A stretch of 64,000 bases of DNA, taken from positions 1,013,332 to 1,077,331 of the forward strand of contig CP064989.1 in NCBI GenBank assembly GCA_016699875.1, written 5' to 3'. The stretch comes from Candidatus Moraniibacteriota bacterium. GTDB lineage: Bacteria > Patescibacteriota > Minisyncoccia > Moranbacterales > UBA1568. The stretch's first letter is position 1. The number at the start of each line of letters is the position of its first letter. Of the stretch, positions 19,143-29,338 are shown piece by piece. The position numbers were made by a program, and so were the translations under genes. The notes beneath the pieces were generated by a model. It searched no databases. It was not told the origin of the DNA and was given only the letters and a program-made list of their open reading frames with translations.

Positions 19143-20483
19143 ATGATCGGTATGGATATGGAACGAACACTTATCGCGGAAGCCCCGAAGCATATTGGTA
19201 AGAAAATCCAACTCAAAGGCTGGATCAATATGCGTCGCGATCACGGAAAAATCGTCTTCTTCGATATGCGCGATAGAAGTGGGACGGTGCAGCTGGTGGT
19301 GATTCCGGATCATGAAATGGCGTATGCCGCATCAAAAGAGTGTCGGAACGAATGTGTAATCGAAGTAACCGGTGTGGCGAAGCTCCGACCGGGCGGTGCG
19401 GAGCGGTCGACAACGTCAGGGAGCATAGAAGTGGAAGTTGAGACGCTGCGAGTGCTCTCTGTTCCCGAGAGTCCGCTGCCGTTTGAAGTTGCCGAAGGCG
19501 GTCTTGAGAATCTCCACCTTGATACACTGCTCAATAATCGCACCTTTTCTCTTCGGAATCGAAAGACACAGTCGATCTTTCGACTGTACGGTCTGCTTCT
19601 CTCATCGTATTCCGAAGCGCTGCGATCGAGAGGGTTTCTCGAAGTGAAGACGCCAAGGATTGTCAACGCGGCAACGGAAGGCGGAGCAAACTTTTTCAAG
19701 ATAAAATACTTCGACCGGGATGCGTTCTTGGCACAGAGTCCGCAATTTTACAAGCAGGCGGGCGCGAGCGTCTTCGAGCGAGTGTTTGAAATCGGTCCGG
19801 TATTTCGTGCGGAGCCTCATTTCACAACGCGGCATGTGAACGAATATATCAGTCTCGATGCTGAGATGGCGTTTATCGAGAATGTCAGTGACGTGATGGG
19901 CGAGCTTGAAAGCATTCTTTTTGAAGTCTGTGAGAAAATAGGTGAGAAGGGAAAAGAAGAGCTTGAACAATGGGGTGCGGCTGTTCCGGAGCGCGTGCCG
20001 ATTCCGCGCATGAAGCTGACGGAGGCGCTCCATATTCTTGAGAAGGAATACGGAAAAAAGATGGAAAATGGAGAAATTGACATCGATCCCGAGGGCGAGC
20101 GAATGATCTGCGAGTATGTGAAGAAGGAAACAGGCTCTGATTTTGTTTTCCTGACGCATTATCCGACGGCGATTCGTCCGTTCTATACCATGCCAAGTCA
20201 GGATCCGCAGTTTACCGAGAGTTTCGATCTGCTTTTCCGCGGACTTGAATTGGTGACAGGGGGACAGCGCATCCATGAGTATCAGAAGCTCGCTGATTCC
20301 ATCAGACGGCGCGGTATGAACCCGGATGATTTCTCAAATTACCTTGACACCTTTCGTTACGGGTGTCCTCCGCATGGCGGTTGGGGTTGGGGATCGGAGC
20401 GTACCATTCAACAGCTTTTGGGGCTTCCCACCATCAAACAAGCGGTTCTCTTCCCAAGAGACGTGAAGCGCCTCACTCCGTAG
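19143..20483 (+). CDS. aspS: aspartyl-tRNA synthetase, archaeal/eukaryal-type class IIb (could alternatively be AsnRS)
   Basis: Short (446 aa) class-II enzyme with an N-terminal OB fold. Motif 2 region FEIGPVFRAEPHFTTRH; motif 3 region GCPPHGGWGWGSERT. Confidence 0.8.
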   Translation: MIGMDMERTLIAEAPKHIGKKIQLKGWINMRRDHGKIVFFDMRDRSGTVQLVVIPDHEMAYAASKECRNECVIEVTGVAKLRPGGAERSTTSGSIEVEVETLRVLSVPESPLPFEVAEGGLENLHLDTLLNNRTFSLRNRKTQSIFRLYGLLLSSYSEALRSRGFLEVKTPRIVNAATEGGANFFKIKYFDRDAFLAQSPQFYKQAGASVFERVFEIGPVFRAEPHFTTRHVNEYISLDAEMAFIENVSDVMGELESILFEVCEKIGEKGKEELEQWGAAVPERVPIPRMKLTEALHILEKEYGKKMENGEIDIDPEGERMICEYVKKETGSDFVFLTHYPTAIRPFYTMPSQDPQFTESFDLLFRGLELVTGGQRIHEYQKLADSIRRRGMNPDDFSNYLDTFRYGCPPHGGWGWGSERTIQQLLGLPTIKQAVLFPRDVKRLTP

Positions 20484-20500
20484 GGATTGATATATTCTTT

Positions 20501-21304
20501 ATGTCTGATGTCGGAATAAGGAGGGAGGTTGAACGATATTTTCAGGATGTTCTCAGTGAACATTCTGAAGAGATCCGGTTTCTTCGGAACTATTTTGGTA
20601 TTAGTGAAAAGCAAATAAAATCGGCATGGGTGTATTGGGACACTGCTATCCGAGAGTATTCAAATGAAGTGTATAGTTCCGAATCCTTGCGATTTGCAAT
20701 GCATTTGCATAACTATCTACACGGGAGCTGGCATGAAAAACGCCAGGAGATTATCTGGAGGTATTTGCAAGACACTGATTTGAGTTCCGTTTGTGAAATT
20801 GGATTCGGTGTTCCTCAAAGATATGTTCGATATCTTCTACAGGGTAAGCAAACAAAAAGAATTGTACTGGCTGATTTTGAAGTTTCCAGTATTAAGTTTG
20901 CACAAGCGGTTCTTTCTTTCTGGGAAGAATTATGGAAAGAGAAGGTGAGCTTCTTACAATTTGATATGAATAATGATGATTTTCCTCATGAGCATGAAAC
21001 GTATATTCTCCAAGATTCCATTGAACATGCTTTTGACCCAACATCAACACTACGCCGATTCGTATCGTCAATTAATACTTCTTCAAATATACTTTTTTCC
21101 TTACCTATTGAAATTGAAAATCCTATCCCGGAACATCATATATATTGGAAAGATGAATCTCAGGTTATCGCATGGCTTGAGAGTTGCGGTCTGATGGTTT
21201 CTCGATACGAAGTAATAGCGATGGATCGGAAAGTGGATATCTTTGCACGTTCACTCCATCGTGATTTTCGAGAGATTGTCGTGCAGACGAAGAAGGGAAT
21301 ATAG
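20501..21304 (+). CDS. hypothetical protein, possible class-I SAM-dependent methyltransferase
   Basis: Motif-I-like VCEIGFGVP; acidic end of beta-2 IVLADFEVS; motif-IV-like LQDSIEHAF. A+T-rich relative to aspS and mreB. Start chosen at the first ATG after the aspS stop. Confidence 0.5.
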   Translation: MSDVGIRREVERYFQDVLSEHSEEIRFLRNYFGISEKQIKSAWVYWDTAIREYSNEVYSSESLRFAMHLHNYLHGSWHEKRQEIIWRYLQDTDLSSVCEIGFGVPQRYVRYLLQGKQTKRIVLADFEVSSIKFAQAVLSFWEELWKEKVSFLQFDMNNDDFPHEHETYILQDSIEHAFDPTSTLRRFVSSINTSSNILFSLPIEIENPIPEHHIYWKDESQVIAWLESCGLMVSRYEVIAMDRKVDIFARSLHRDFREIVVQTKKGI

Positions 21305-21428
21305 AGGAAGCTTGCAAGCGCGTGGTCGAGTTGTCCGGATTTTATAGATGTAGTCGCATCATCTTCTCCTTGTTCCTTTGGGGTATTTTTGATACGGTGA
21401 ATCAAGGACGTATTCGTCTGGGATTTTT

Positions 21429-22550
21429 TTGCGCAATGATATGGAATCGGGTGCGGCCAACTCTTTAAAGAATCGGTATCGGCGCCGCCGGAAGCAGGTG
21501 TCCGATATGGTATTCGGGCGGTTTTCGCAGGATATCGGTATTGATTTGGGGACCGCGAATACGCTGGTTTACGTGCGAGGGAAAGGGATTGTGATCAATG
21601 AACCGTCGGTTGTGGCAGTGAATCAGCGGACGGGGCAAATTCTTGCGATCGGGCGCGATGCCAAGCGCATGGTAGGAAAGACACCCGGGCATATTGTAGC
21701 AACGCGCCCCTTGGTCGACGGTGTGGTGAGTGATTTCGAAATCACGCAGCAAATGCTCCGATTTTTCATTAACAAGGTGCACGATAGCGGCTTCGCATTT
21801 CTTCGTCGGCCAAGAGTATTGGTGGGCGTGCCATCCGGAGTGACGGAGGTGGAACGGCGCGCGGTGATTGAAGCGACGATGAATGCGGGTGCTCGCGAAG
21901 CGTTTTTGATTGATGAGCCGATGGCGGCGGCGATTGGAGCGCGGTTACCGGTTATTGAAGCTTCGGGCAATATGGTGGTCGATATTGGTGGCGGGACGAC
22001 AGAGATCGCGGTGATTTCTTTGGGAGGTGTGGTAGTGTCTCGGAGTCTTCGTATTGCGGGCGATGAGATGAATGAGGATATTGTGCGATATGCGCGCGAC
22101 GCCTTCAATCTTCTGATCGGAGAGAAGACAGCCGAAGAGGCGAAGATCGCTATCGGAAGCGCCTACCCGCTTCGAGAGACGATGACCCACTCCATTCGCG
22201 GTCGCGATCTGGTGAGTGGCTTACCGAAGGAAATTATCGCAACCGACGAACAGATTCGCGAGGGCCTTTCGCATTCCATTCGGATTATTGTAAATAATAT
22301 CAAAACGATTATCGAAGAGACGCCGCCGGAATTATTGTCGGATATATTCCAGCGGGGGATCATTCTGGCCGGCGGTGGGAGTTTGATTCGAGGGCTTGAT
22401 CGCCTGCTTGCTAATCAGACCGGTATACCGGTGCGCATGATGGAGGATCCGCTGACGGCAGTAGTGCGTGGTACGGGGGTTGTGCTTGAGGATATGGAGC
22501 GCTTGCAAGAAGTGCTGGTTGAAGATCACCGAGGCACGCCGCTTCGATAA
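21429..22550 (+). CDS. mreB: rod-shape-determining actin homologue MreB (true start possibly the Met at 21504)
   Basis: IGIDLGTANTLVYV, ...VVDIGGGTTEIAVISLGGVV..., ...IILAGGGSLIRGLD. Confidence 0.92.
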   Translation: MRNDMESGAANSLKNRYRRRRKQVSDMVFGRFSQDIGIDLGTANTLVYVRGKGIVINEPSVVAVNQRTGQILAIGRDAKRMVGKTPGHIVATRPLVDGVVSDFEITQQMLRFFINKVHDSGFAFLRRPRVLVGVPSGVTEVERRAVIEATMNAGAREAFLIDEPMAAAIGARLPVIEASGNMVVDIGGGTTEIAVISLGGVVVSRSLRIAGDEMNEDIVRYARDAFNLLIGEKTAEEAKIAIGSAYPLRETMTHSIRGRDLVSGLPKEIIATDEQIREGLSHSIRIIVNNIKTIIEETPPELLSDIFQRGIILAGGGSLIRGLDRLLANQTGIPVRMMEDPLTAVVRGTGVVLEDMERLQEVLVEDHRGTPLR

Positions 22551-22659
22551 GAAACGGATCTGTTGCATGCGCGTATTGCTCTTCGTCCGGTCCGATCTTC
22601 TTTTTTCTATTTTCATTTTCCATCATTCTTTTTTTGTCTTCTATTTTTCTCTTCCTGCA

Positions 22660-23475
22660 ATGTTCCGCACTCTCTGGAGAAACAAGTTCGGGAAACTCGC
22701 GATTATTATTGTCGGGTGTCTCATGGTGTACCTCTGGAATTCTCCATTTATCGCATTCTCTGCGAGAACAGTATTCGGCGCGATTGCATTCCCGGCACAG
22801 AACGTGACGGCGTTTGTCGGATATCATGTGGGGCATCTCGCATCTTTCTTTGCATCTATCGGGACGCTCAAGAAAGAGAATGAACGTCTATCGGAAGAAA
22901 ATACGAATCTCAAAGCCGAAAATGTCGCGCTTGCCGATCAATCAAGAGAGAATGAAATGCTTCGGCAAGAGCTGCAGCTTGCGCCACGGAATACATTCAA
23001 TCTTCTTTCGGCGGAAGTGATCGGTCGGGACGATGTGTCGTCCGGTGGAGCTGTACTGATCAATAAGGGAACAGCTTCCGGAGTTGAGAAGGGTATGGCG
23101 GTTATTGTGGGCTCGGGGACGTTTATCGGGCGAGTGATAGAAATGACGCCGTTTTCTTCTCGCGTACTTCTGGTTTCTGATTCCGGAAGCGCCATAAATG
23201 CGGTGGCAGGGATGCATGAGGCGCGAGGCGTAGTGCGTGGTGAGTACGGATTGGGACTCGTATTGGATATGGTTTTGCAGTCGGATACGCTTGTTTCCGG
23301 AGACGAGGTGATCACCTCGGGTCTTGGCGGAGATATGCCGCGCGGATTGCTTATCGGATCAGTAACGTCGATCGAGCCGTCCGCCGACCGATTGTTTCAG
23401 CGCGCAACGCTTGCATCTCCGATTCGTCTCGATCGAATACGGTTTGTGTCCGTCATTGTGAATGCGAAGTCATGA
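22660..23475 (+). CDS. mreC: rod-shape-determining protein MreC
   Basis: N-terminal TM, coiled coil (ENERLSEENTNLKAENVALADQSRENEMLRQEL), then a beta-rich C-terminal domain. Sits between mreB and mreD. Confidence 0.8.
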   Translation: MFRTLWRNKFGKLAIIIVGCLMVYLWNSPFIAFSARTVFGAIAFPAQNVTAFVGYHVGHLASFFASIGTLKKENERLSEENTNLKAENVALADQSRENEMLRQELQLAPRNTFNLLSAEVIGRDDVSSGGAVLINKGTASGVEKGMAVIVGSGTFIGRVIEMTPFSSRVLLVSDSGSAINAVAGMHEARGVVRGEYGLGLVLDMVLQSDTLVSGDEVITSGLGGDMPRGLLIGSVTSIEPSADRLFQRATLASPIRLDRIRFVSVIVNAKS

Positions 23476-24020
23476 AACCGGCTCTTTTTCGTGCGGCATT
23501 TTTGTTTGCTGGCGCTTTGGTTCAAGTGTCTCTTTCGAATACAATTTTTCTTTCGCCGGTTGCCTCGCCCCCCATTCTCCTTGCCCTGGTTGTCTCGATC
23601 ACTCTTTTCCGAGGGTTTTCCGATTCGTGGAGGTGGGCGATTCTCTCCGGGCTCTTTCTCGACGCGCTTACTCTCGGGAGACTCGGTCATGCGTCGATAG
23701 AATTCGTTTTGTTTGCGGCTATTCTCAGTCTCACGTCGAAAGAGATTCTTTTTGAATACCATGCCGGTCGAATTTTGTTACTTGGTGCTTTGATGTGGCT
23801 TTTTGAAGGTGCGTATCGCCTTATTGAAGTTCTCGCTTTCCCTCTCGTTTTTGATCAAAGTGTCTCTCTTTCAGCGTTCTTCTCCGGTGTGCACTGGACG
23901 GAAATTCCGATATCGCTGCTCATTTCGATTGGCGTATGCGCTCTCGCATTACCGATCACCTTTTCTTTTGAACGGTATTTGGATCTTTTTGAACGCGCCA
24001 AGATTGGTCGCCGGCGATAG
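23472..24020 (+). CDS. mreD: rod-shape-determining protein MreD
   Basis: Small polytopic membrane protein immediately after mreC, overlapping by 4 nt. Confidence 0.65.
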   Translation: MKPALFRAAFLFAGALVQVSLSNTIFLSPVASPPILLALVVSITLFRGFSDSWRWAILSGLFLDALTLGRLGHASIEFVLFAAILSLTSKEILFEYHAGRILLLGALMWLFEGAYRLIEVLAFPLVFDQSVSLSAFFSGVHWTEIPISLLISIGVCALALPITFSFERYLDLFERAKIGRRR

Positions 24021-24069
24021 AGAGTCGACGGATATTTGTGTGTCGTGCCGTATGCGCTAAAATAGGATC

Positions 24070-25251
24070 ATGAAGATAGGTATAGATATTAGGAATATCG
24101 GCAGGCAAAGAACCGGGGACGAGGTAGTTTTTTTAAATTTGGTTCGGGAACTTTTGAAATTGGATACGAAGAACGAATACCTTCTCTTTCTGGACTATAG
24201 AACAGACGAAGAGCTTCGCGAGCTTCGGATGCGGCTCAGTGCGATTGACGGTCGGAAAGGGGTACGGTTCATCAGTCTTCCGGCAAGCAATAAGTTCGAC
24301 TGGAATGCATGGTGGTTGCCAAGGTATCTTCGCGCGCATGTGGTCGACGTGTACCACACGCAGTATATTGTGCCGTTCTTCGTTCCGCGTCGGACAAAAG
24401 TAATAACACATATACACGACGTGTCGTTTCGGGCATACCCGGAGTATATCGGTTGGTTTGATCGTTGGTTTTTGAGCCTGCTAATTCCTCGAAGCATTCG
24501 TCGTGCTGATATAATTGTGACTCCTTCGGAGTTTACGAAACGGGAAGTTGCAAAATATTACTCTGTGCCGGAAGAGAAGATGGTTGTGATACACAATGCC
24601 GTCGCACCGGGATTTTTTTTGGAAGAAATGGAAGTGATGGACAGAGGACGAGAGGATGCGGTGCGGGACAAATATCGCCTTCCACAGCAGTTCCTTCTCT
24701 ATGTCGGAACCTTGCAGCCGAGAAAAAATATCCCGCTGTTATTGGAAGCGTTCGATCATTTTCGAAAACGCTGTCAGTATGAAGATGTCAAGTTGGTGCT
24801 GGTGGGCAATCGAAATGGGCATCATTTCGATGTTCGAATTGATGAGACAATTTTGCAGTTGGGGATAGGACGCGAGGTATTATTTCCCGGATTTATCGAG
24901 CAGGAGGATCTCCCGATTGTGATGCGTCTTGCAATGCTTTTTGTTTTCCCATCGTACTACGAGGGCTTCGGCATCCCCATTCTTGAGGCGATGAGTCAGG
25001 GTGTTCCGGTTGTTGCCGCGGATATTCCCGCCCTTCGGGAAGCGGGGGGCGATGCGGCGTTGTTTGTGCCTCCGCAAGAGAGTGGACGTTTCGCTGACGC
25101 ACTTCAAGAGGCATGTCTCTCCGATTCGGTTCGGACGACGCTCCGAATGAAGGGATACGAGCAAGCGCAACGCTTCTCCTGGGAGCGAAGTGCTCGAGAC
25201 CTTCTTGCTGTCTACGAGAAAATATGTTTTCATAAAAGGATGGATCATTAG
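24070..25251 (+). CDS. family-1 (GT4-type) glycosyltransferase
   Basis: C-terminal EGFGIPILEAMSQGVPVVAADIPALREAGGDAALFV, the E-x7-E-type GT1 motif. Confidence 0.85.
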   Translation: MKIGIDIRNIGRQRTGDEVVFLNLVRELLKLDTKNEYLLFLDYRTDEELRELRMRLSAIDGRKGVRFISLPASNKFDWNAWWLPRYLRAHVVDVYHTQYIVPFFVPRRTKVITHIHDVSFRAYPEYIGWFDRWFLSLLIPRSIRRADIIVTPSEFTKREVAKYYSVPEEKMVVIHNAVAPGFFLEEMEVMDRGREDAVRDKYRLPQQFLLYVGTLQPRKNIPLLLEAFDHFRKRCQYEDVKLVLVGNRNGHHFDVRIDETILQLGIGREVLFPGFIEQEDLPIVMRLAMLFVFPSYYEGFGIPILEAMSQGVPVVAADIPALREAGGDAALFVPPQESGRFADALQEACLSDSVRTTLRMKGYEQAQRFSWERSARDLLAVYEKICFHKRMDH

Positions 25252-25272
25252 TTTCCAGTCTTTCTCTTCTTT

Positions 25273-26517
25273 TTGTATTCTTCATACACTATGAGCTCGA
25301 GTTCTTTTGGGACATCGTCAAGTTTTTCGTCGTCTCGACCGTCCGCATCCTCTCCTCGTCCGACAGGAGTGCCAAAAAAGAAGATGCGACGTTGGGTGAA
25401 GGTGTTGCTCTGGACAGTGGGTATCCTGTTGCTTCTCGGAGGTATAGCTTTGTGGAAAGCAAACTCGATTGTGAGTCGCATTGCTCCCAATGGAAGTATT
25501 CTCTCGAATATCGTAAATTCCCTGCCGGGTGTCGAGAAAAAACTCTCCGGTGAGGATGAAGGACGAATCAATATCGCGCTTCTTGGCATGCGTGGAAAGG
25601 GTGTTGAGGGCGGAGGTCTCCTCGCGGATACGATCATGGTTTTGTCTTTTCATCCGAAGAGCGGCGAGGGCGATACGGCGCGTGCCTCGCTCGTCTCAAT
25701 TCCGCGCGACCTCTATGTGACCGTTCCCGGCACCTCGGACAAACAAAAGATAAATGCGGTGCATGCCTACGGTGAAGAGAAGGGCGATGGCCAGGGTCTT
25801 GAAGCGATGAAGACGATTCTCTCTGAAGTGACCGGACAACCGATTCAGTATGCCGCCTCGGTGAATTTTAAGGGATTTGAAGAGGCGATTGATGCGGTCG
25901 GTGGCGTATCGGTTACGCTCGCCGAACCTTTTACCGAACCGATGCAGTTTCGGGAGCCGCATGTTTGCGATCCGCTTGTCTTCACGGTGCCGACCAGTCC
26001 ACAGCAATACGAGAACAAATACGTGACGACCGGGAGCGGCAGGCGGCGACTCGTGGCGTCGTATCCATTGTGTTACAACAAAGATGTCGAGTGCGGCGGT
26101 GTATTCAATCTGCCGGCGGGGACGAGTCTCTTGAATGGCGAGCAGGCACTCTGCTATTCGCGGGCACGCGTGACTTCGAATGACTTTGCGCGTGCGAAGC
26201 GTCAGCACTCGGTGATGCAGGCCTTTCAGGAGAAGGCATTGAGTCTTGGGACATTGTCAGACTTTACCAAGGTAAACGCATTGCTCAATAGTTTGGGCGA
26301 CAATGTGCAGACAACCTTTGAAGGATGGGAGTTGAAGCGCTTGTTCGACCTCTACCTGGAGAATAAGGACATGAAATTCGCGGAAGATGTCGTGGTGGAT
26401 AATTCCGAGAACGGACTGCTCTATGCGCCGGAGAACACCGGTGGCGCGGGATACATTTTGTTGCCGAAGGGAGATACTTACGACAAGATACACGCTTTGT
26501 TCGCATCGCTTCCGTAG
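25273..26517 (+). CDS. LytR-CpsA-Psr (LCP) family protein
   Basis: N-terminal TM; ...NIALLGMRGKG...ADTIMVLSFHP...ASLVSIPRDLYV... then ...AYGEEKGDGQGLEAMKTILSEVTGQPIQYAASVNFKGFEEAIDAVGGVSV. Confidence 0.85.
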   Translation: MYSSYTMSSSSFGTSSSFSSSRPSASSPRPTGVPKKKMRRWVKVLLWTVGILLLLGGIALWKANSIVSRIAPNGSILSNIVNSLPGVEKKLSGEDEGRINIALLGMRGKGVEGGGLLADTIMVLSFHPKSGEGDTARASLVSIPRDLYVTVPGTSDKQKINAVHAYGEEKGDGQGLEAMKTILSEVTGQPIQYAASVNFKGFEEAIDAVGGVSVTLAEPFTEPMQFREPHVCDPLVFTVPTSPQQYENKYVTTGSGRRRLVASYPLCYNKDVECGGVFNLPAGTSLLNGEQALCYSRARVTSNDFARAKRQHSVMQAFQEKALSLGTLSDFTKVNALLNSLGDNVQTTFEGWELKRLFDLYLENKDMKFAEDVVVDNSENGLLYAPENTGGAGYILLPKGDTYDKIHALFASLP

Positions 26518-26588
26518 AGATGGCAAAGCAGGTTGTCGTGGGAATTTACGAGATACTTTATTTTTAGAGAAATAGCACTTGTTCCGGT

Positions 26589-27860
26589 ATGGATGAAATG
26601 TCGTCGGAAGTTGAGAATAAGAGTGAGAGAAAGAAACGATCATCAGTCGCTCGGGTTTTTTTCATTGCTTTTTTGATGGCGGTTTCCTATGTTGTTGGGG
26701 TCGAGCGGGGACAGATGCGAGAAGTTTCGGACGAATCATCGACATTTTCGTTGCCGGCAACATCGATATTTTCTTCTGCTAAAAGTTCAGATCGTCCCGA
26801 TTTAAGTGTTTTCTGGAAAACCTGGGACTTGGTCCATGATCGATTTGTTGATCGCGATCACCTTGACTCAACGACGCTTCTCTATGGCGCGATCAAAGGA
26901 ATGCTCGCGGCGACCGATGATCCCTACACCACCTTTTTCGATCCGGAAGAGAACAAATCTTTCCAAGAAGATATCGCGGGGAGTTTTGAAGGAATCGGCG
27001 CCGAGATTGGGATGAAGAATAAAATTCTGACAATTGTTGCTCCGCTTGACGATAGTCCGGCACAGAAGGCTGGCATTCGATCGGGCGATATGATCGTCAA
27101 GATAGATGATGAAAGTACGGCGGAGATGGGTATAGAGGAGGCGGTGAAGAAAATGCGTGGACCAAAAGGAACAGATGTAAAGCTGACGGTTTTCCGCGAA
27201 GGAGAAAAGGAAACGCGCGATATTACAGTGCATCGAGGGACTATCACTATAAAAAGCGTGAAGCTGGAGTGGAAAGGGGATGATATCGCGATCGTGAAAA
27301 TCAATCAATTTGGAGAAGAGACGACGGATGAATTTACAGCGGCAGTGAGAGAAATTCGGTCGCGATCGACGCGTGGCATTGTCCTTGACCTTCGCGATGA
27401 TCCGGGCGGGCTTCTTGATGCGGCAGTGGATATCGGAAGCTTTATGATTCCTAAGGGAAAGCCGGTGGTACTCGAAGAAGATAGCGAGAAGAATCGTGAA
27501 ACGCTTTCAACGCGCGGTGGCGATGTTTTGAGCGGCATACCGACAGTTGTACTTATCAATGAGGGATCGGCGAGTGCAGCTGAAATTCTTTCGGCGGCGC
27601 TTCGTGAGAATCGCGACAATGTGACTCTTATCGGTGAGACGTCATTCGGCAAGGGCTCTGTTCAGGAATTACTCCCTGTTTCGAAAGACGCATCGCTCAA
27701 GGTGACGGTCGCGCGCTGGCTCACGCCCAATGGCGAACAGATTAACAAGATTGGCATCAAGCCGGATATCGAAGTTGAACGTACGAACGATGACTTCGAA
27801 GCCGATCGCGATCCTCAAATGGACAAAGCTCTCGAAGTAGTGAATGAAAAAGCGAAGTAG
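26589..27860 (+). CDS. ctpA: carboxyl-terminal processing protease (S41 family)
   Basis: PDZ region plus VVLINEGSASAAEILSAALRENRDNVTLIGETSFGKGSVQ, the S41 catalytic Ser/Lys region. Confidence 0.88.
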   Translation: MDEMSSEVENKSERKKRSSVARVFFIAFLMAVSYVVGVERGQMREVSDESSTFSLPATSIFSSAKSSDRPDLSVFWKTWDLVHDRFVDRDHLDSTTLLYGAIKGMLAATDDPYTTFFDPEENKSFQEDIAGSFEGIGAEIGMKNKILTIVAPLDDSPAQKAGIRSGDMIVKIDDESTAEMGIEEAVKKMRGPKGTDVKLTVFREGEKETRDITVHRGTITIKSVKLEWKGDDIAIVKINQFGEETTDEFTAAVREIRSRSTRGIVLDLRDDPGGLLDAAVDIGSFMIPKGKPVVLEEDSEKNRETLSTRGGDVLSGIPTVVLINEGSASAAEILSAALRENRDNVTLIGETSFGKGSVQELLPVSKDASLKVTVARWLTPNGEQINKIGIKPDIEVERTNDDFEADRDPQMDKALEVVNEKAK

Positions 27861-27997
27861 GCAATAGGTGGTGCCACAGAATGTTGAGTTTTAAAGATAT
27901 TCAATGGGTAGTCCCTGGCGCCGGGGGCTATCTATTTTTCTAAAGATGTCCTGCGAAGGGTTTTAGTGTATACTCTAAAAGGCTCTTTTGGGAGGGG

Positions 27998-28588
27998 TTG
28001 GTGTGGCTGGCATATATTCTGCGTATGCATGATGCGACAGTGATCGGACTCGTGGGGGAAGGTGGCTCCGGGAAGGATATGGTTGCCGGATACTTGGAGC
28101 GTCGTTACAGTGTGGTGCCGCTTCGCTTTTCCGATCCGATCAAGGAGCTTTTGCGGTTGTTCTTTGACCAGCCGAGCCGGGAGGATCAGTCGTGGGTGGG
28201 GAGCACGTTCAAGGAACGCTTTGGCCGCGATATATTCATACAGGCGGTTGATCGTCGTATACGCGCCGCCGGTACCGGCGTCTTTTCCATAAACGGCATT
28301 CGCTATGCGGAAGACGCCGATTTTGTCCGATCATTTGCAAGGCATGCCGTTATTTATGTGACAGCAGATCAGCGTCTTCGCTGGGAGCGCTCACGACGGC
28401 GCGGAGAGAAATCGGATGATATGATGGACCTTGAGACATTCCGCCGATTAGAGTCGACACTTGAAACAGAGAAAGATATCGGAGAGATCGGAAAGTGCGC
28501 CGACTATATCGTCCGCAATGAGGGAACATCCGATGAACTGTTTGTTGCTATTGATGGGATTGTGAATGAGATCTTAGCGCATGCATAG
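27998..28588 (+). CDS. P-loop nucleotide/nucleoside (mono)phosphate kinase-like protein
   Basis: Walker A GLVGEGGSGKDMVAGYL near the N-terminus; ~190 aa; sits at the head of the dNTP-metabolism cluster. Substrate not assignable. Confidence 0.55.
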   Translation: MVWLAYILRMHDATVIGLVGEGGSGKDMVAGYLERRYSVVPLRFSDPIKELLRLFFDQPSREDQSWVGSTFKERFGRDIFIQAVDRRIRAAGTGVFSINGIRYAEDADFVRSFARHAVIYVTADQRLRWERSRRRGEKSDDMMDLETFRRLESTLETEKDIGEIGKCADYIVRNEGTSDELFVAIDGIVNEILAHA

Positions 28589-28622
28589 AGCGTCTTCGTA
28601 GAAAAATTCAGAACAAAAACCT

Positions 28623-29300
28623 ATGGCGCATTTTGAAATAGAGATTAAGAGTCTCTTGGGGGAGAAAGAACATGCCGAGGATCTCAAGGAGAGGTTGAAA
28701 AAACTTCCTGAGCCGGCGCGTTTTGTTCGGAAAAGTTCGCAGTTGAATCACTACTTTCTGGTCGGGAATTGGGAGGAATTTCTTCAGAGTATTCAAGTGT
28801 ATTTGTCCGGAGAGCATTTTGACCATTTGCATCGGATTGTTCGGGAGGGAAAGAATCACTCGGTTCGGACACGGCAATCGGACGGGAAAATGCTTTTTGT
28901 GGTGAAGGCATCCCTTGATGATATGACGAGTTCTAACGGTGTTTCCCGTATGGAATTTGAAGAAGAAACACCGGATCTTTCACTTGAGAAATTGGATGCA
29001 TTGCTTCTCGAATCCGGATTCCAATACCAGGCAAAGTGGTCGCGTGATCGAGAAGAGTATAAAGCGGGAAATGTCTCCGTGTGCCTTGATCGGAATGCTG
29101 GATATGGATATGTGGCTGAGTTTGAAAAAATTGTACATGATGCGAACGAAGCAGACGGTGCGAAGAAAGAACTTCTGGAATTTATGGATGGACTTGGCGT
29201 CAAAGAACTTCCGCAGGATCGCCTTGAAAGGATGTTTGCCTACTACAATGAACACTGGCCTGAATATTATGGAACGGACAAAATATTTGTGATCGAATAA
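28623..29300 (+). CDS. CYTH-domain protein (triphosphate tunnel metalloenzyme, CyaB/ThTPase-like)
   Basis: N-terminal EIEIK signature (HFEIEIKSLLGEKE), the characteristic ExExK start of CYTH; ~225 aa. Confidence 0.6.
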   Translation: MAHFEIEIKSLLGEKEHAEDLKERLKKLPEPARFVRKSSQLNHYFLVGNWEEFLQSIQVYLSGEHFDHLHRIVREGKNHSVRTRQSDGKMLFVVKASLDDMTSSNGVSRMEFEEETPDLSLEKLDALLLESGFQYQAKWSRDREEYKAGNVSVCLDRNAGYGYVAEFEKIVHDANEADGAKKELLEFMDGLGVKELPQDRLERMFAYYNEHWPEYYGTDKIFVIE

Positions 29301-29338
29301 TTCCAGCAGTCTCTTTCAACCGATTTTCAGAAACGACT

